This document shows, piece by piece, positions 37,509 to 46,562 of a stretch of 64,000 nt of DNA. The notes under the pieces are model-generated. The model was not told where the DNA came from. It did not search any database and saw nothing but the letters and a program-made list of their open reading frames with translations. The stretch is from sequence record SRR31156797_4650. One strand, given 5' to 3'. Each line of letters starts with the position of its first letter. Positions within the stretch are counted from its first letter, which is position 1. Made by a program: the position numbers and the translations under genes.

Positions 37509-40415
37509 CTAGCGACGGATATGGGCAGAACCGCCGGTATTCACAGAACCACTCAACTTTTCGTGCGGAGCGTGTTGCCCGATACGCCAGTAATCCTTGA
37601 AAGCGAGACGGGGCAGCATTGAAAGGCGCAGGAAGCCTTCGATAGTCCCGTTAACTCCCACCAGCACGTCGACATTGTTCCTCGGGCGGAAGGCTAGATT
37701 CTCGGTGGAATAATGCTTTTTCCTGTACTCGGTCTCAATGTGCCATGCGTGGACCATTTCACCATCAAAGCTATCCACCACGATCGTGAACAACGGCTTG
37801 CCGCTCTCATCACGAGGCCCTTCATAGACAGGATGTTCCTTATCCAGAATGATGGTCTCAGGGTTGTCCAAAAGGACTTCGTTGAGCTGATAGCAGTGTC
37901 CGCAAACGTCAGGGCGAACCATGAAACGCGGATCATGCTCAAACGGTGTATCTCGCTCCAATTCCTGAATGTCGGTGAAGAAGTAGAGATTGACCTTGCC
38001 GTCCTTGAAGGGCTTTTTCACATCCAGTTCAGCCATCACTGAACCATACTTGAACTGCATGGTCTGGGCGACATCCTGATGCTGTGGCAGCAATTCTTTG
38101 GCGGCGGCGTTCAGCGGACCAAGAATCTTGGAATCAACATGGTTACCTTTGGCATCCAACAAGGTCAGGTCAACGGTTCCGGCTGCGGCATCAAAACCAT
38201 TCAGTTTCAATGTAAACTCACCGAGCTTTGCCGTTTCCTCGACAGCTAAAGAATGTCCCTTTGGCTTGTTGAAGGTATAGCTGATGGCTTGAATAGATGG
38301 GGTACCGAATTCCTTGATCTTCACGTAATTGGAACCGATGTATTCCGGTACAATGTAAGTAGCCCCTTCCGAAAAGACTTCTGGCATATAGTAACGATTG
38401 CCCGCTTTTTCATCTTCATTGAAGCCTTGCGCAAGATAAAAATGTGCGCCCCAACGGTTACCGGAATATTTCATGAGAGAAAGCGAGGCCACAGGACGGT
38501 CATCCAGATACGTGTGGCCGGTATACCGAAGTGCCTTGTTACGCACGCCGAGCATCTCATCCTGCCAGTACATCAAGTTGCCATCGCCCATGGGCTGATT
38601 TTTCCAGAAATCCAAATCCAAGTTTTTGCGAACAAACGTACCAGAAGTGAATGTTGCCAAATAAGCACGTTTGCCAAGCATGAAGAAGGACTCGCCTGCC
38701 AGCGTGCGGATATTTCGCGCATTGCGGGAGGTGTAGCAGAGGCCGGCAGGCGGAATGACGATACGATTATTTTTGTAATCGACATAACTACCGCGAATAA
38801 CGATGGCCTCGGCGGACAACAGTTTTTCCCGTTTACGATTACGCGAAGTTTTGCGCATCAATCCTTTGAGACGAGGCACAAAAGGCGCGGTGTGATCCGG
38901 CTCGTAAAAAGATGAATTGGGGACAATCTTGGGATAGGAAGTAAAACGGGATTCCTCAACCACGGTGCCGTATGAAGAATCGGCAAGACGTGTAAGGAAA
39001 CTGCCTTCGATCATCGGCTCAAGAACCGGTGAAGAACCAAGAAAGAAATCAAGGTTTGTCCGACCTTCGTCGGCCCACATAACCATATTATCCGTCCGCA
39101 TCATATAATAATCGCGAACGTACAAATTACGAACCACGTCGCCTTCAAATTTGTTGGCAACCACTTTAAACGCGGGACGATTCCAAATTTCGGAATATTT
39201 CACAGGCCCGTCAAAACTGTCATTCTCATTGTCGAAAACCAACACGTCATTGTTCTCAATAAGGAGACGCTGCAACATCCCTGTCTTGAGGTTCGGCTCA
39301 AGCACAACAGAATACCGAGAATCCAAGGGCCAGTCCTGACCATTTTTCACGGTGACGAGGTCGCGATAGACAACAAAGGAAAAATGACCGGTTGAATATC
39401 CATGGGACTTGCTGGTGGCCCAAGGAACAAAATCAGAATCCTTGAGGAAACTCGGATCCATGACAATCTCAACACGCATATCCAACTCGGGAATCGTCAG
39501 GTTGTACTTGTCCTTTTCCCCCATCCGTGACTTGTACTCCTGCGCAGATGTCGGCTTGACCAATTTCTCGGCCAGCACTTCGCTTCCAGTAAAGTTGGTG
39601 ACCTTCACCATAAAACCATCAGGCTGGCGGTAAGCATAGATGCGCTTGTCACCATAGAAACGATAGTCTTCCTGGCGTACTTCCAGAATTATTGGACGCT
39701 GCATGGAAAAAGTCGCATCCGTGATTTCTGGAAATTCAATGGACTCAAACACTGCATCGTCAAAATCGATCTTGCTGGCCACATACTTGCTGGCACCGAA
39801 ATAATAGGTGTTGTCCAGATAGAAATTCTCCAACTGGGAATTCAATCCTTCCTTGAGAGAAAGCTGACGGACCTCTTCACGCTTGGGAAACACGGTTGAA
39901 ATAGGAAATTCAAGCGGCCATCCACCAGACGGAGACATCACAGCCAGTTCGGCATACGGCTTTTCATAATGGTCCGTGGAATAATCGAACCAGAGGCGGT
40001 ACCCGGTGTCACCCAGCGGTTTCCGGTCACCCTTCTTGAGAGCGAAATCCTTAAAGACTCGCTTGGTAGAATTAAGGTCTACAAGATACGCGTGTTCGCC
40101 CAACACAAGAAATGGATCGCGCATGAAAGGTCGAGCATCGTGGGATGTTTCGGAAAGGTAGAACAACCCGCCGGGTTGAACTGTGGCTTTGCCATCCTTG
40201 ATCTCGCTGCCGCGCATGATAATGGCTTCGGACAAATGCTTTTTCTGTCCGTACTGGTTCTTGTAAACCTTGTTTCGCAAGCCTGCCAGATGCGGCAAAA
40301 AAGTCATATCCGCTGCCGGGGACAACCCATGCGGATCATTGGCGGCCAAACCTACTGTAGGTATGGCAAAAAGGATCGCCAACGCGATGGCCAGAAGTCG
40401 TACTGTGTTTTTCAT
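37509..40415 (-). CDS. Large exported protein with two-fold internal duplication and a CGHC motif
   Basis: 968 aa; signal peptide; FLPHLAGL...EAIIMRGS...PGGLFY...FLVLGEHAYL repeats as FVPRLKGL...EAIVIRGS...PAGLCY...FFMLGKRAYL; DVCGHCY at 37893-37904. Confidence 0.85.
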   Translation of the reverse strand: MKNTVRLLAIALAILFAIPTVGLAANDPHGLSPAADMTFLPHLAGLRNKVYKNQYGQKKHLSEAIIMRGSEIKDGKATVQPGGLFYLSETSHDARPFMRDPFLVLGEHAYLVDLNSTKRVFKDFALKKGDRKPLGDTGYRLWFDYSTDHYEKPYAELAVMSPSGGWPLEFPISTVFPKREEVRQLSLKEGLNSQLENFYLDNTYYFGASKYVASKIDFDDAVFESIEFPEITDATFSMQRPIILEVRQEDYRFYGDKRIYAYRQPDGFMVKVTNFTGSEVLAEKLVKPTSAQEYKSRMGEKDKYNLTIPELDMRVEIVMDPSFLKDSDFVPWATSKSHGYSTGHFSFVVYRDLVTVKNGQDWPLDSRYSVVLEPNLKTGMLQRLLIENNDVLVFDNENDSFDGPVKYSEIWNRPAFKVVANKFEGDVVRNLYVRDYYMMRTDNMVMWADEGRTNLDFFLGSSPVLEPMIEGSFLTRLADSSYGTVVEESRFTSYPKIVPNSSFYEPDHTAPFVPRLKGLMRKTSRNRKREKLLSAEAIVIRGSYVDYKNNRIVIPPAGLCYTSRNARNIRTLAGESFFMLGKRAYLATFTSGTFVRKNLDLDFWKNQPMGDGNLMYWQDEMLGVRNKALRYTGHTYLDDRPVASLSLMKYSGNRWGAHFYLAQGFNEDEKAGNRYYMPEVFSEGATYIVPEYIGSNYVKIKEFGTPSIQAISYTFNKPKGHSLAVEETAKLGEFTLKLNGFDAAAGTVDLTLLDAKGNHVDSKILGPLNAAAKELLPQHQDVAQTMQFKYGSVMAELDVKKPFKDGKVNLYFFTDIQELERDTPFEHDPRFMVRPDVCGHCYQLNEVLLDNPETIILDKEHPVYEGPRDESGKPLFTIVVDSFDGEMVHAWHIETEYRKKHYSTENLAFRPRNNVDVLVGVNGTIEGFLRLSMLPRLAFKDYWRIGQHAPHEKLSGSVNTGGSAHIRR

Positions 40416-40472
40416 TCTCTTGTTCCTGAGTGTCTGAATTCAATGTCCATGGACAAATGTCTTCAAACATAG

Positions 40473-40488
40473 AACAAGAAGCGTACCA
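40473..40488 (-). promoter_or_regulatory. Sigma54-like promoter of the seven-gene selenoprotein operon
   Basis: Minus strand TGGTACGCTTCTTGTT, 57 nt before the ATG, with an AT-rich tract upstream. Confidence 0.6.
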
Positions 40489-40562
40489 CTTCATAAAAAA
40501 ATAATTAAAACCTGTTTTTACAGTAACTTAAAAAACAAAATCTCAAATCAACTTTTCAAGAC

Positions 40563-40611
40563 TGTGCAGATGGCCGCACACTCATTTCTCGAGTGTCCCT
40601 CAATACGCACA
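40563..40611. promoter_or_regulatory. Paired enhancer-like sites upstream of the selenoprotein operon
   Basis: TGTGCAGATGGCCGCACA (40563-40580, perfect TGTGC-N8-GCACA) and TGTCCCTCAATACGCACA (40594-40611), offset 31 bp. Confidence 0.7.
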
Positions 40612-40662
40612 ACACACCCCATTCTCCCAAAGAAGGCTACCAATGAAGCATTCCTTTTATAT

Positions 40663-40701
40663 AAAAAAAGAAAGGCAGCGGTCTTTCAAGACCGCTGCCT
40701 T
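40663..40701 (-). terminator. Intrinsic terminator after the IclR gene
   Basis: AAGGCAGCGGTCT/AGACCGCTGCCTT stem with an A-run on the left. Confidence 0.8.
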
Positions 40702-40764
40702 CAAATTTCAAACATATACGAACAGTTTGCCAAAAAATTATTCGTGCTCAGACTTCAAGCACGA

Positions 40765-41556
40765 TCATGTTCGTTTGGCAGGGGGATAACTGCTTGCACC
40801 CAACCGAATCGACAGCTGTTCTGCGGCCTTGAAAAGTTCAAGGCTAGCCGTTTCACGAACACCTGGAGAAAATCTCACGCTGGGAACAGAAACACCTATG
40901 GTCGCGACCAACTCATCGTTGTAATCAAACACAGGCACTGCGGCGCAACAAACACCATGATATATCTCTTCATTGTCATATGAAATGACATTTTCTCGTA
41001 CGATTTCGATTTCCTTAATAAAATTGGCCATTTCAGCTGGACCAATCTTCCCCTCTGATTCTCTTCGGACAGCTTCCAGTAAAGAACCAGATTTCGCAGC
41101 ATCCATAAAAGCAAGACACACTTTCCCAGAAGCCGATTGATAAATTGGAAATGAACGACCAACAATCGAATCCTGACGCAACACCTGCGTTGTCACTTGC
41201 CTGTCAACAACAACCATTTCAGTCCCGGAAGGAGCACAAAGATTAATTGTCTCACCAAGTACCTCAAGCAGTCGCTTGCAATATGGCCGTGCGGCTTCCT
41301 GAATACTCGTGTGCTCTGTGACTAAACTTCCCATTTGGAAAAGTTTGAATGTCAAGGTATATGCACTTTCCTCCTCACCTTGCGAGACATACCCGAGATC
41401 CTGCAGGGTCAATAAAAAACGGTGAACTGTTGTTTTGGGAAGACCAACCGCTTTACTCAACTCTGCCAGTTCCCACTTATGCCGCGTCGTCATCTGTTCT
41501 ATGACAGAAAACACCTTCACCACAGATCCGATCGTATAATACGCGTCTTTTGCCAT
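40765..41556 (-). CDS. IclR-family transcriptional regulator
   Basis: LAELSKAVGLPKTTVHRFLLTLQDLGYV HTH; ETINL, SASGKV, DNEE...CAAVPVFD effector domain. Confidence 0.92.
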   Translation of the reverse strand: MAKDAYYTIGSVVKVFSVIEQMTTRHKWELAELSKAVGLPKTTVHRFLLTLQDLGYVSQGEEESAYTLTFKLFQMGSLVTEHTSIQEAARPYCKRLLEVLGETINLCAPSGTEMVVVDRQVTTQVLRQDSIVGRSFPIYQSASGKVCLAFMDAAKSGSLLEAVRRESEGKIGPAEMANFIKEIEIVRENVISYDNEEIYHGVCCAAVPVFDYNDELVATIGVSVPSVRFSPGVRETASLELFKAAEQLSIRLGASSYPPAKRT

Positions 41557-41955
41557 ACTTTCTCCACTCACAGCTTCTCAGCCTTGCCTACGGGCGGACT
41601 TACAAATTTAACAAGCGACAGCGTCAATCCAGCAGTCACTTTTGACTTTTACTCTTTAAGACTTCAGCAAAATAGACGATCATACAACGAAACGCCATCC
41701 CTCTTTTTGAGAAATATATGTCATTCACAATTCATTATGCAACAAATTCGGCCACCACTCATGAGAAGAGCCTAATACCCTGTAGGAACACACATCGAGG
41801 CGCCAAAAGTCGAGCCAACAAATCAAAAAAGGATTTACACAGTGCGCAGCGGTGAAAACCTTATTGAGATTTTCCTAAAACGACAAAAAAATATTCATAG
41901 GGGGGATAAAACAAAAAAAGAATTAAACAGCGAAAGCAAGCGATAAATACGGTTT

Positions 41956-42786
41956 TTACGCAGTCGCTGCTGTCGCAAGACGTTCAGCAATCGCATCAAC
42001 CTCTAAATGAAAAGAATGATAAGGTGCTTGAAAAAGTTTTGACGCATCGGCTGCGGCCATAGGTATTTCCTGAAGGAGTTTGCGCGACAAGGATTTGTCC
42101 AAGCGCACTGTGGGGACAGAACAGCTGATTGTTGCGACTATTTTTCCTAAATCATCAAAAATAGGGGCAGCCACGCAACGTATCCCTTTAAACAATTCTT
42201 CAAAATCCAAACCAATGCCTTTTTCTCGCACTGATTCAAGTCGTGTGAAAAGCGCATTTATTTTATCGGTATTCATAGCGGCATCACTGCGCCTTAATTC
42301 CTTGATAAAAACGCGCAACGCATCTTCAGGCAAAAACGCCAAAAAGACCTTTCCCGAGGCGGAAGCATAGGCGGGAAAAGATGTTCCTACAATTGAGTCC
42401 ATTCGCAAAGCATGACGGGATGTTGTTTGATGAACAACCACCATGTCTACACCAGAAAGTATACTCAAATTGACTGTTTCATTTACCTCATCACGCAAAT
42501 TATGAAGAACTGGTTGCACCAGAGATGCTATGTTGCTTAAGGAAAAAACCTGATTGCCCAATTTATGAAATTTCAACGTCAAGGTGTATGCTCCGCCCCG
42601 CTGGACCTGTCGAACATATCCCAGATCTTCCAAAGTACGCAGAATGCGCTGCAACGTCCCTTTGGGAATACAACAAGCCTCATTGAGACTCTTCAGCTTC
42701 CAATTTTTTCTGGTCGCCATGGTCTCTATGACAAAAAGAGCTTTTTCCAAAGAGCGCATCATATAATATTTATCGGCTTGTGGCAT
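41956..42786 (-). CDS. IclR-family transcriptional regulator
   Basis: SLEKAL, IPKGTLQRILRTLEDLGYV, ETVNL, ASASGKVFLA, EELFKGIRCVAAPIFD; alternative start at 42804. Confidence 0.92.
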   Translation of the reverse strand: MPQADKYYMMRSLEKALFVIETMATRKNWKLKSLNEACCIPKGTLQRILRTLEDLGYVRQVQRGGAYTLTLKFHKLGNQVFSLSNIASLVQPVLHNLRDEVNETVNLSILSGVDMVVVHQTTSRHALRMDSIVGTSFPAYASASGKVFLAFLPEDALRVFIKELRRSDAAMNTDKINALFTRLESVREKGIGLDFEELFKGIRCVAAPIFDDLGKIVATISCSVPTVRLDKSLSRKLLQEIPMAAADASKLFQAPYHSFHLEVDAIAERLATAATA

Positions 42787-42833
42787 TCTTTCCTCGGAAA
42801 ACATGATCTTTTAGCTAAACATGCTCAAATCCA

Positions 42834-42873
42834 ATTTCAAAGGCCTTTCACATATTTGAAAGGCCTTTGAAAT
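42834..42873. terminator. 17-bp perfect inverted repeat between the BCCT and IclR genes
   Basis: ATTTCAAAGGCCTTTCA-CATATT-TGAAAGGCCTTTGAAAT. Confidence 0.6.
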
Positions 42874-42881
42874 TATCGCTT

Positions 42882-44438
42882 TTACGTATCGTTGTCCATC
42901 CAATTGGGCTTATCTAGTAAATATATCCCTTCTTTTACTAGAGAAATACACATGCCGAAGGTAAATATCATCATGGGGAATGCGGCGAGTGATATTAACC
43001 CTCGGACAGGTTCAATTCCGCCACATATACACAAGACATAGGCGATCAATCCGGTAACGACACCCCAGATAATTTTCAACTTCTTGGGTGGCTCTTCACT
43101 TGCACGGACACCTTTGGTCGATATAATTGCTAGAGTTGCGACCAGTGAATCTGTCATTGTGGCAAATGAAAAGACGATGGTAACAACAAACAATCCCATC
43201 AAAATCTTGCTGAAAGGGAATTGGGAAAGGAGGATGTACACCATCGATTCCATCCCATGCTGTTGTATACCTGCCCAAACATCGACCAAACCGGCCCATT
43301 GGAAATACACAGCGGTTCCACCAAACGTCGCGATCCAAAAATGACAAAAGATGGTCGGAGGAATGATATTAACCAAAATAAACTGACGAACCGTTCTCCC
43401 CTTGGCCATACGAGCCAGGAAATGTCCCAATAATGGAGCAAAAATAAAGAAAATCTCCATATATGGAACAAGCCATTGCATAGGCCATTTATCACTTATC
43501 TGCATGGTGTTGAGCAAAGTGCTATTGCGGAAAAAGTTATTCGCAAAATACCCAAAAGATTCAACGCCCATTCCCAAGATAAATAACGTCGGTCCCACGA
43601 AAAGGACGACAGCCATCAGCAGAAAAAAAGCCCTCGTCGTTCCGGTAGAAAGGATACGCATGCCCTTCTTCAAACCTGAATATGACGATAAAACATAAAT
43701 GGGAATAATGATCCCTGCTGCTGCAGCCCAAGTCAAAGGACCTGGAGTATATCCAAAGATAGTACCTGTTCCGCTTCCGATCTGCATAAGCCCGGCGCCC
43801 ATACTGGTTGCAATCGCACAACAAAGGGAAAAAAGACAAAGTGCGTGCACGGTTGAAGCCAAGAGCGGACGCATTTTTACGGGGAAAAGCGCATACATGC
43901 CAGCAGCTATTGAGAGTGGGTAATTACGATTGAAACTGACCAAGGCAATAGCGACTCCGCAGATAGTGTAGAAACAGTACTGCGCGATAGTCCAATGCAA
44001 CGTTGTCTGGGCTATGGCAAAAACGCCGGCATCTTTTGATCCAGGCTCGATGTGCAAACTCAACGGCGGTTGCATCATATGAAAAATCGGCTCACCCATT
44101 GCCCAAAAGAGAATTCCGATCCCGATACACCCACAAAGAGATAAAGCAAACCACTGCCAGAAAGAGAACTCAGGTTTGGCGTCTTTACCTCCAAACCGAA
44201 TATTGCCGATTGGAGAAAAAGCAATGCCTACAGTAAACATCACAATAATAATGGCCAATGAGACTTCCAGCCACCCAAAATTGATATGAATCCATTCCAT
44301 TGTGGTGCTCAAAATTCCCGCAAGACCTTCCTGATAGGATAACCCTAAAGTAATTCCGGCGAGCAAGAGTATGAATCCGGGCCAAAAAGTATAGTGATTG
44401 AGTTTTCTGTGTTCATCCATTTTCCCTGCCTCTGACAT
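42882..44438 (-). CDS. BCCT family (betaine/carnitine/choline) transporter
   Basis: GNIRFGGKDAKPEFSFWQW, GIGILFWAMGEP, TLHW, FLARMAKGRTVRQF, WIATFGGTA. Confidence 0.92.
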   Translation of the reverse strand: MSEAGKMDEHRKLNHYTFWPGFILLLAGITLGLSYQEGLAGILSTTMEWIHINFGWLEVSLAIIIVMFTVGIAFSPIGNIRFGGKDAKPEFSFWQWFALSLCGCIGIGILFWAMGEPIFHMMQPPLSLHIEPGSKDAGVFAIAQTTLHWTIAQYCFYTICGVAIALVSFNRNYPLSIAAGMYALFPVKMRPLLASTVHALCLFSLCCAIATSMGAGLMQIGSGTGTIFGYTPGPLTWAAAAGIIIPIYVLSSYSGLKKGMRILSTGTTRAFFLLMAVVLFVGPTLFILGMGVESFGYFANNFFRNSTLLNTMQISDKWPMQWLVPYMEIFFIFAPLLGHFLARMAKGRTVRQFILVNIIPPTIFCHFWIATFGGTAVYFQWAGLVDVWAGIQQHGMESMVYILLSQFPFSKILMGLFVVTIVFSFATMTDSLVATLAIISTKGVRASEEPPKKLKIIWGVVTGLIAYVLCICGGIEPVRGLISLAAFPMMIFTFGMCISLVKEGIYLLDKPNWMDNDT

Positions 44439-44583
44439 AATGCCTCTCTCGCTGGTTTGTCCTCAGGTTGTTTCTCGTCATTGAGTCAGCTACCGCGACG
44501 CAATATTGATCAATTCTTTGATTGGAGCAACACCCCTGGTGGAACGTTTTGGGTATAACAGCATCCGATGAAAAGCGCTTTTT

Positions 44584-44637
44584 CGGTACGGTGTACCGTT
44601 TGGTGGTAAGATTAAAAAAACTACAAATTCATGTCAA
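44584..44637 (-). promoter_or_regulatory. Sigma70 promoter of the BCCT gene with a downstream palindromic operator
   Basis: Minus strand TTGACA (44637-44632), 17 nt, TAATCT (44614-44609); operator CGGTAC-GGT-GTACCG at 44584-44598. Confidence 0.7.
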
Positions 44638-44830
44638 TAAGCGTTTTATTTTTTTTAGACATCTGCAAAAATTCAATAATAGCTTCATTTTCTGAAGAAA
44701 AAGAATTTTACACACACAACCGATAAGGGATGATGTTATCTTTTATTACACCCAAAACCAAAATATTGGGATAGAGTACCACTATGTGGCATCAATGCTT
44801 TGACGTAGAAATGAAACTTTTCTACATAGA

Positions 44831-44847
44831 TTGGTACGTCGTACCAA
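44831..44847. promoter_or_regulatory. Second copy of the GGTAC-N3-GTACC operator, upstream of proC
   Basis: TTGGTAC-GTC-GTACCAA; TTGACG at 44800-44805. Confidence 0.7.
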
Positions 44848-45001
44848 AATGAACCACGATGGCATCGCTAATAATTATTTCGTTAGACTCAAGGGGTAAA
44901 TTGTGTCCGAGATAAAGACTCTCAAATTTGTTTTTATGGTCTAACAGGACGGCTAAACATAACGATACTCAATAAAAAAACACAAACAAAGGAGACTTTA
45001 A

Positions 45002-45793
45002 ATGAATATCGGTTTTATCGGGACAGGCAACATGGGAGGAGCCATTATCAGAACACTTTCTGGAGTGGAGAATCTTACAGTGTACGGTCTGAACCGGACC
45101 AGAAAGAAATTGGAAGAATTAGCAAACGAGACTGGCCTTATTCCATGCGACAGCATTAAAGAGTTGACCACAAAATCTGATTTCATTGTCCTGGCAGTCA
45201 AACCACAGCAGGCACATGGGATATGGTCTGAAATGATCCCAGCTTTAACGAAAGACAAATGTGTGGTGTCCATCGCTGCTGGCTTGACGTTGGATTCACT
45301 GAAAAATTGCATTGACAACATTTGCCCTGTCATCCGGGTCATGCCGAACACTCCGGTTTTGATTAAAGAAGGAGTCACCGCCATTTGTCTGGATGATGAA
45401 ACTATTTCAGAACCACAAAAAACTTTTATTCAAACCCTTTTCCAAAAATCAGGCGACGTGCATGTTTTGTCTGAGGATCAATTTGACGTGTTTACAGCAC
45501 TCATTGGATCAGGGCCGGCTTTTATTTTTTATCTTATCGAAACAATGATTGAATCGGGAGTGGAATTAGGGTTGCATCGAGACGTCTCAACCCGGATGGT
45601 CAAGAAACTCTTCAGTGGAGCCAGCCTCATGGCAGAACACTCAAATGAACACGTCAGCATGCTCAAAGAAATGTCGATTGCTCCCGCCGGAACCACAATT
45701 GCCGCTTTAACTCACTTTGAAAGGACTGCCCTGCGCGGAAATATCATGGATGCAATCCGCATGGCCTACAACCGCAGTATAGAACTCGGTTAA
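45002..45793 (+). CDS. proC: Pyrroline-5-carboxylate reductase
   Basis: IGFIGTGNMG, LAVKPQ, VSIAAG, IRVMPNTP, GSGPAF, PAGTT; AAGGAG SD. Confidence 0.93.
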   Translation: MNIGFIGTGNMGGAIIRTLSGVENLTVYGLNRTRKKLEELANETGLIPCDSIKELTTKSDFIVLAVKPQQAHGIWSEMIPALTKDKCVVSIAAGLTLDSLKNCIDNICPVIRVMPNTPVLIKEGVTAICLDDETISEPQKTFIQTLFQKSGDVHVLSEDQFDVFTALIGSGPAFIFYLIETMIESGVELGLHRDVSTRMVKKLFSGASLMAEHSNEHVSMLKEMSIAPAGTTIAALTHFERTALRGNIMDAIRMAYNRSIELG

Positions 45794-45823
45794 CAGCACT
45801 ATACTTTCAAATCACACGATAAA

Positions 45824-45862
45824 AAAGCACAAGCCTCCTCTGTAAATGGAGGCTTGTGCTTT
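45824..45862 (+). terminator. Intrinsic terminator after proC
   Basis: AAAGCACAAGCCTCC/GGAGGCTTGTGCTTT 15-bp stem. Confidence 0.8.
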
Positions 45863-46040
45863 CTACAAACACTCATGTCCATACCACCCATTTTCTTCTG
45901 CATAAATATTGAAAGCCCCGTCTCAAGTACCCCAATAAATCCTTTCATATAATTTTATCCGTGTTATCAAAGTTATTTTTTCAATCAAAACTGCATAATT
46001 TTAAATAGTTAAGACAGTCTATCTTATCACATAAAAACAG

Positions 46041-46072
46041 TTGACCCAAATAGTTAACCTTGTTTACTATTT
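46041..46072 (+). promoter_or_regulatory. Promoter and operator of the MarR gene
   Basis: TTGACC (46041) ... TACTAT (46065-46070), overlapped by the palindrome AAATAGTTAA-N5-TTTACTATTT. Confidence 0.6.
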
Positions 46073-46076
46073 GAAC

Positions 46077-46547
46077 ATGAACAATCAAGAAAAAAACCAA
46101 CTGAACATATACAATCAGTTGCGTCGGATCATCGAAAAGCACACACAAATGGACGAACAACCGTTTATGCTGGATAAATCCATGTCACTCTCTCCTCGTG
46201 AAGTGAGAACCGTCGACTTCTTAGGCCAAAACGAAGGTATAAATGTGACCAATGTGGCTACGCACTTCAACTTTACCAAGAGTGCTGCCTCACAATTGAT
46301 AAACAGGCTGGTTAAACGCGGTCTTGTTAGCAAAAACATCTCAGAACACAGCGACAAGGAGTTCCACCTATCCCTGTCACCTGAAGGCAAAAAAGCGCAT
46401 CAACTCATTCAAGTCATGACAACACAACGTCTTGAAATGTTTCTAGATATGACGGAAAGCTTTTCCACACAGCAAATAGCTACGACCTCCGAAGTTCTTG
46501 AAAAAGTTGAGGGTATGGTGGACGAACGACTCAAACGATTCAAATAA
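46077..46547 (+). CDS. MarR-family regulator
   Basis: LSPREVRTV...INVTNVATHFNFTKSAASQLINRLVKRGLV...LSLSPEGKK. Confidence 0.88.
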   Translation: MNNQEKNQLNIYNQLRRIIEKHTQMDEQPFMLDKSMSLSPREVRTVDFLGQNEGINVTNVATHFNFTKSAASQLINRLVKRGLVSKNISEHSDKEFHLSLSPEGKKAHQLIQVMTTQRLEMFLDMTESFSTQQIATTSEVLEKVEGMVDERLKRFK

Positions 46548-46562
46548 TTTTTTTATCACAAT

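Noticed and set aside
44440-44583. Possible riboswitch in the BCCT leader
   Set aside because: No recognisable aptamer consensus by eye; an Rfam/Infernal scan would be needed
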